Source of the DNA: Callorhinchus milii
Taxonomy: Eukaryota
Direction of reading: 5' to 3'
Assembly: GCF_018977255.1 (NCBI RefSeq)
Contig: NW_024704743.1
Location: 83,516,001-83,580,000, forward strand
Length of the DNA stretch: 64,000 nt
Shown here: one piece after another, positions 59,630-64,000 of the stretch
Layout of the letters: every line of letters begins with the position of its first letter
How positions within the stretch are numbered: the stretch's first letter is position 1
Position numbers and translations under genes: made by a program
The notes under the pieces: model-generated
Database searches by the model: none
What the model was told of the DNA's origin: nothing
The model's input: only the letters and a program-made list of their open reading frames with translations

Positions 59630-59966
59630 CATTTTGAAGCGCTTACCTCTCCACTCCACCACCCGCTTCATCCCATTGGCTGGCTCCAGCGTCCAAATTG
59701 TCCCTCGTGCTCTTCGCTCCACCATCGGCAGGTGTGCCGTTAGCCACTACGCCGCGAAACTCTGGAACTCTCTCCCTCAATCCCTCTGCCATGCCCCCTA
59801 GCTCCCCACCTTCAAATCCCACCTAAAGTCCTTCCTTTTTGATTGTGCTTACGGTCACCTTCCCCCTCCCTCTCCCCCTGGCTTGGCGTCAGACTTCGCC
59901 ACTATGAAGCGCTCCGGGACACTATCCTGTGTGAAGGGCGCTATATAAATGCAAGTTGTTGTTGTT
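59630..59966 (+). mobile_element. Older L2 LINE 3' end
   Basis: STIGRCAVSHYAAKLWNSLPQSL; ends GAAGGGCGCTATATAAATGCAAGTTGTTGTTG. Confidence 0.88.
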
Positions 59967-61669
59967 ATACTGAGATCATCCTGGGAATATTATATGTGGC
60001 TAAGTAACCAGCTGTCGACAGCAGCAAAGCTAGAAGCAAACAGCACCCAGGTTGCGAAAAGTTTATTGTAGATAATGCAGAACTCCCCAAAAAAGGAAAA
60101 AAAACAAATAACTTGCAGCTTAATTTTTTGGGGGAAAAACAATGCTAATTATTAGAATGTTTGCCCTTTCCTTTCTGATCAGAAGTTTAGTATAATTTCT
60201 GTTCTCCCAATTGGTCTGAATGGTCTCCTAACCGTATAGTAAATCTCTCTGGTTCTAATGTCCTATGTTTCCAGTTCCTTGGTGGTCTAATTTCAGTAGT
60301 GAGCATGTTTCAACAAGGAAACTCGAAGCATGTTAATCAGTTTGAAGTTCATGTCACTTGTTACATTACTTTGAGGAGGCAGTGGAAAGTCGCAAAGGAT
60401 TTGATTAAATTAGCTACGGTAACATTATAATAATCAAACAGCACAAGCAAATATTATGTGATATTTTTCCCAAAATGCTGAGGCTTTGTACATGCTTTGA
60501 TAAACCTATTAAAGTTACTGTCATATGCAGACAGCTAATCCCCAGATAGACGGGAGTACACCCACACCTTGTGAATACAGCAGCTGTCTGATCAGCTTTC
60601 TCTGGAAACATAACAAGGCAGTGTCAGTGAATTTGATTTGTTTTTAACATTCTCTACATTTTGAATTGCCTTGGTGATGGCACTCTGTTTGCAAGAAAGG
60701 AAAAGGCAAAGCTGAGGAAGTTGTACTCTGAAAGACCTGGTAAGTACAGTACAACACCCTGCAAAAAGTTGCCGAATTCTTCAATTGTCTTCATTTGGGT
60801 GATTGTGCCTTTTATTAACTGCCTCTTTGTATATGCAATTGGCGATGATGTCCACAAACAATCATAAATCCTCTGAAGCTCTTTGGTATATCCTCCAAAT
60901 TTGAAAGGCACTGCATCAAATGCAAGGATTGTTATTATTATTATTATTTGAGAGCGCTGTACTCCAAATTGATTTGTAAATAATGATTCCTGCAGGTCCC
61001 TGTGTTTCAGGCTGATCTTCCAAACCTAGCTCAGACGACAGGAGACCCTTTCAGGTACAGTGTAGCTTCACAGAAGAAGCACCTGAGAATGATGTCCGAG
61101 CAGTTTCCAATTGGATTGACTTCAGACTTTGATTCCTTGGTCCCACTTGACCTTTCCAATTCTACAAAGGGACTTCGCCAGCTATAGAAGCAATAGGAAA
61201 ATGTTAAAATAAAAGCTCAAGGATTTAACTTATATTCAAAGCACCCTCTCCCTTTCTCAGCCTTTTGCAAGCCAGAAAACTATTTTGTATCTTGTGTTAG
61301 TTCCAATGTAAAACTGGAGCATTAAATCCAACAGGGCATGAAACTCTGATCTTTGGAAATTTACTATCCTGGGACATATCTTTTTGTTGGATGGTGAATG
61401 TATTGACTTTGTGAGCTTCCAAATAGCATTTTTCATCAGACAAAGCACAAATATTGAAATTTTTAACTCGATTGCAATCTTCTTAAGCATAACTGTTTTT
61501 AGTTATTGCTGTCATCCAATGTTTTTACGCTCATTTGTTTTGTCAATATTCTCCCCTGCTCCTACTACCATTGCTGGGATAAGTTCCAATAACTTGCCAA
61601 AGTGGCCATTCTTCATCTGAGTGACTATTTTAAGTTTATTTGACTGAGGAGGGTCTCGATGTTCACACA

Positions 61670-61830
61670 TGGGTGTTTTTAACTTCAGTCGTAATTTGGA
61701 AGGCACTTTACTGGAGATCTTAAAAAGACCAGTTGCCAATTCAAGACTTAATTAAAGAATTTTCCATACTTCTGCACAATCTTAAAATTTTTAAAGAAAA
61801 AATGGTCTTACAGATTAAGATGAGGTGATG
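61670..61830. mobile_element. Palindromic MITE-like element (partial)
   Basis: Core TTCAGTCGTAATTTGGAAG / TTGCCAATTCAAGACTTAA with right arm AAAATGGTCTTA. Confidence 0.5.
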
Positions 61831-62839
61831 TTTTGGGCCTCTGGTCTGTATAACGTAATACTACTACACTGGCAGCCCCTGCCCACTCAAACATGGGATG
61901 CATCTGATACTTCTTTTTTATATTCTGTACAAGTTGAGTACTATTAAGATCAAACCATTTTACGTTTGCGAAAATGGTAGGATACCATTTCAAACCTTTT
62001 ATTCAGGACTGCGCTCCAAGACTGTATCCCACATGAAGGGTGCTATACAAATACAAGTTATTGTTTTTGCTGCAGTGATTTTCAGTTTCTTATTTCTCTC
62101 ATCCTTGAACAGGAATGGTATATAGGAAAAGTACATATAGCATTAGTAATGAACAGCGAAGGTAGTGAGGGCCCTTTATTTGTGAGGTATTCGTAACTGT
62201 ATTTGCACCCATTTATAAATAACAGTGGCTTCCACAGCTTTGTATAAATTCATTGTCTGAAAAATAATTCATCTAAATAGCAGTTTCTGCTTTGAAACAA
62301 TTTCCCTCTATGTACAGTATATAGTCAATTTGGAATGAATTAGTGGCTGCATTAGTGAAGAAGTGAGAATCTCTGAAGTGTAATTATTTGACAAAGAACA
62401 ATTTTGTGGTTAATGGAAGTAAATAGAATTTTCAAAGAGATGTTGACTTGAGTTTAATTTTATTTTCCACTGTAATGCTGAACCCACAGTTAAGACATGA
62501 GAAATTGGTTTGTTGGATTTAGGAACAAAAGCAAAAACAATGAATAAATAGAGAAACTCAATTGTATGTGATTGAAGACAGAATTGCCCCTCAAGTGGGA
62601 GGACGATATAAATTCCTTCAGGCAAGTGAGCAATGCAGGTTCCATTCATGTGGTTTCAATTGTATAATTAACAGCTTACAATTGCATATTTATTTAGAAT
62701 ACAAGTGTGATACAAAAGGTGTTTAATAGAATTATAGAAAGCTTACAGCACATGGCTCTTGGCTCATTGTGCTGATGTCATCTCCTCCACTGCAATTATT
62801 CACTGTATTCCCGTACCCTTTCTCTGTACTCTTTAATAG

Positions 62840-62985
62840 ACTTGAGCAGGTTCCTGGGAAGGGTGGCTGAGGCCAGGAAACTGGACTCATTTAAAAAACA
62901 CAGCTTGATGCTGTGATGGGAGGAATGATAGGGTGGGTATTCTGGAAGGATGATGTCAAATGGGCTGTACGAACCTCTTTGGTGA
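62840..62985 (+). mobile_element. CR1 LINE 3' end (GGGTATTCTGGAAGGATGA subfamily; related copies near 33050, 40350, 43570, 53270)
   Basis: CTTGATGCTGTGATGGGAGG...GGGTGGGTATTCTGGAAGGATGATGTCAAATGGGCTG. Confidence 0.75.
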
Positions 62986-63000
62986 ACATTACTTTTCTTC

Positions 63001-63105
63001 AACAAAATCAGAAGTCGTTGGGGACACTCAGCAGCTCAGGCAGCATCTATGGAGAAAGGAAAGTGAGTCAACGTTTTGGGTCCACGACCCTTTGTCAGAA
63101 CTGGG
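63001..63105 (-). mobile_element. Penelope-like element terminal fragment
   Basis: CAGAAGTCGTTGGGGACACTCAGCAGCTCAGGCAGCATCTATGGAGA...GAGTCAACGTTTTGGGTCCACGACCCTTTGTCAGAACT; homologous to 18845..18941. Confidence 0.62.
63066..63102 (-). ncRNA. Degenerate minimal type-I hammerhead ribozyme motif
   Basis: Minus strand AGTT-CTGACAA-A-GGGTC-GTG-GACCC-AAAACGT-T-GACT; stems I and II intact, two core G>A changes at CpG sites. Confidence 0.6.
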
Positions 63106-63219
63106 GCATGTTGGGAGGGAGAGACTTTTAAGGGCTAACAGAGAGGAGGGAGGTAGGGCAAGGAAGACAAAGGAAGACGTGAAAAGCTCTATACCAAATG
63201 CAAGGATTATTATTATTAT

Positions 63220-63500
63220 ACAGTAAAGTGGATTCACTGTGTAATTTGTGAGGATATGTGGCAACCCAATTGTACACATTAATGTCCCACAAACAGCCCT
63301 GAAACTAATGACCAATTTTATTTGGGGACATTGTTCTCCAGGATGTCGGGAAAAACTTCCTTCTCTTTTCTCATAGTGCTATGGGATCTTTAACGTCTAT
63401 CTGAACAGGCAGACGGGACCTTGGTTCAATGTCTCATCCGAAGGATGGCACCTCTAACAATGTAGCACAGCCCCAGCACTGCATTGGAGGGTCAGCTGAT
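63220..63500 (-). mobile_element. Deu-domain SINE core
   Basis: ATAGTGCTATGGGATCTTTAACGTC..CTGAACAGGCAGACGGGACCTTGGTTCAATGTCTCATCCGAAGGATGGCACCTC. Confidence 0.88.
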
Positions 63501-64000
63501 ACTCAGCTCGGTGATAGCACAGAACTCAAAAGATTAAAACTTCACAGGCAAGAAAATTGACAGTTGATAACCAGTGTAATTTCACGAGTAGTCACTCATA
63601 GGACAAAATGCTGGATATCAGCAGGAATTATATTTTTAACACTGTATTGAGCTGTTGTTCCTTCATCTCCACAATTTACATCAAAAACTTTGTAACAACT
63701 GTGCTGGAATCCAACTGAAGCTGGTTAAAACTGTGTTAAAGGCTATTTGGAGATTTGACTAAATTTAGGAGCTTTTCTCTGAAAAGCGTAGCCTTGGATA
63801 ACAGGTTATAGTAATACCACAGGCCTGAGCTCTCTTTTCTGAATATTTGCGTTGCTCATGTTGCCAATGGAGAAATGTAAGATGCAGTGGAATAAATGCC
63901 ACTGCCACTAGCACCCTCCTGTTAAAGCACTTATTTTATGTCACTGCAGCTATGCTGATAGTTTGATATTTTTGGTGTGATTCATTTTTGCTTTCAATGA

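Noticed and set aside
60990..61181. Strong-looking minus-strand splice acceptor at 61182; similar isolated acceptors at 8231 (-), 45020 (-) and 54208 (+)
   Set aside because: Most lack a convincing donor, the peptides are unrecognisable, and they do not chain into a gene model. A non-coding exon cannot be excluded without RNA data.
1..64000. Strand bias of repeats as evidence for host-gene orientation
   Set aside because: L2 copies lean to minus and DeuSINEs lean to plus; counts are small and contradictory.

Overview
Eukaryotic, AT-rich, repeat-dense DNA with no recognisable host protein-coding gene, rRNA, genuine tRNA gene or CRISPR array. It reads as a large intron or a gene desert. The repeat repertoire suggests a cartilaginous fish, plausibly a chimaera such as Callorhinchus (inference from memory, not a database result). 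That repertoire comprises Deu-domain SINEs, a young tRNA-headed SINE with an (ATT)n tail, L2 and CR1 LINE 3' ends, Tx1-like ends and Penelope-like terminal fragments. The only ORFs with recognisable homology are LINE ORF2 remnants; the best is the L2 reverse-transcriptase C-terminus at 57192..58019 (-). Most interesting points: (1) decayed minimal type-I hammerhead ribozyme motifs in Penelope-like fragments (63066..63102 and 18907..18941, minus strand); (2) a chimeric SINE lineage visible in three stages: old DeuSINE, then tRNA + CORE-like + Deu 3' half, then an internally deleted short form; (3) a 3' stem-loop shared by LINEs and SINEs that covaries C-G/U-G/U-A; (4) a 64-bp L2 insertion made of only that stem-loop plus tail, with a 13-bp TSD; (5) a palindromic MITE-like family; (6) several repeat-free, homeodomain-motif-rich blocks that may be conserved enhancers. 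Repeat boundaries were read by eye and are approximate (about +/-20 bp) unless exact motifs are quoted. I found no evidence for a new multi-gene system.
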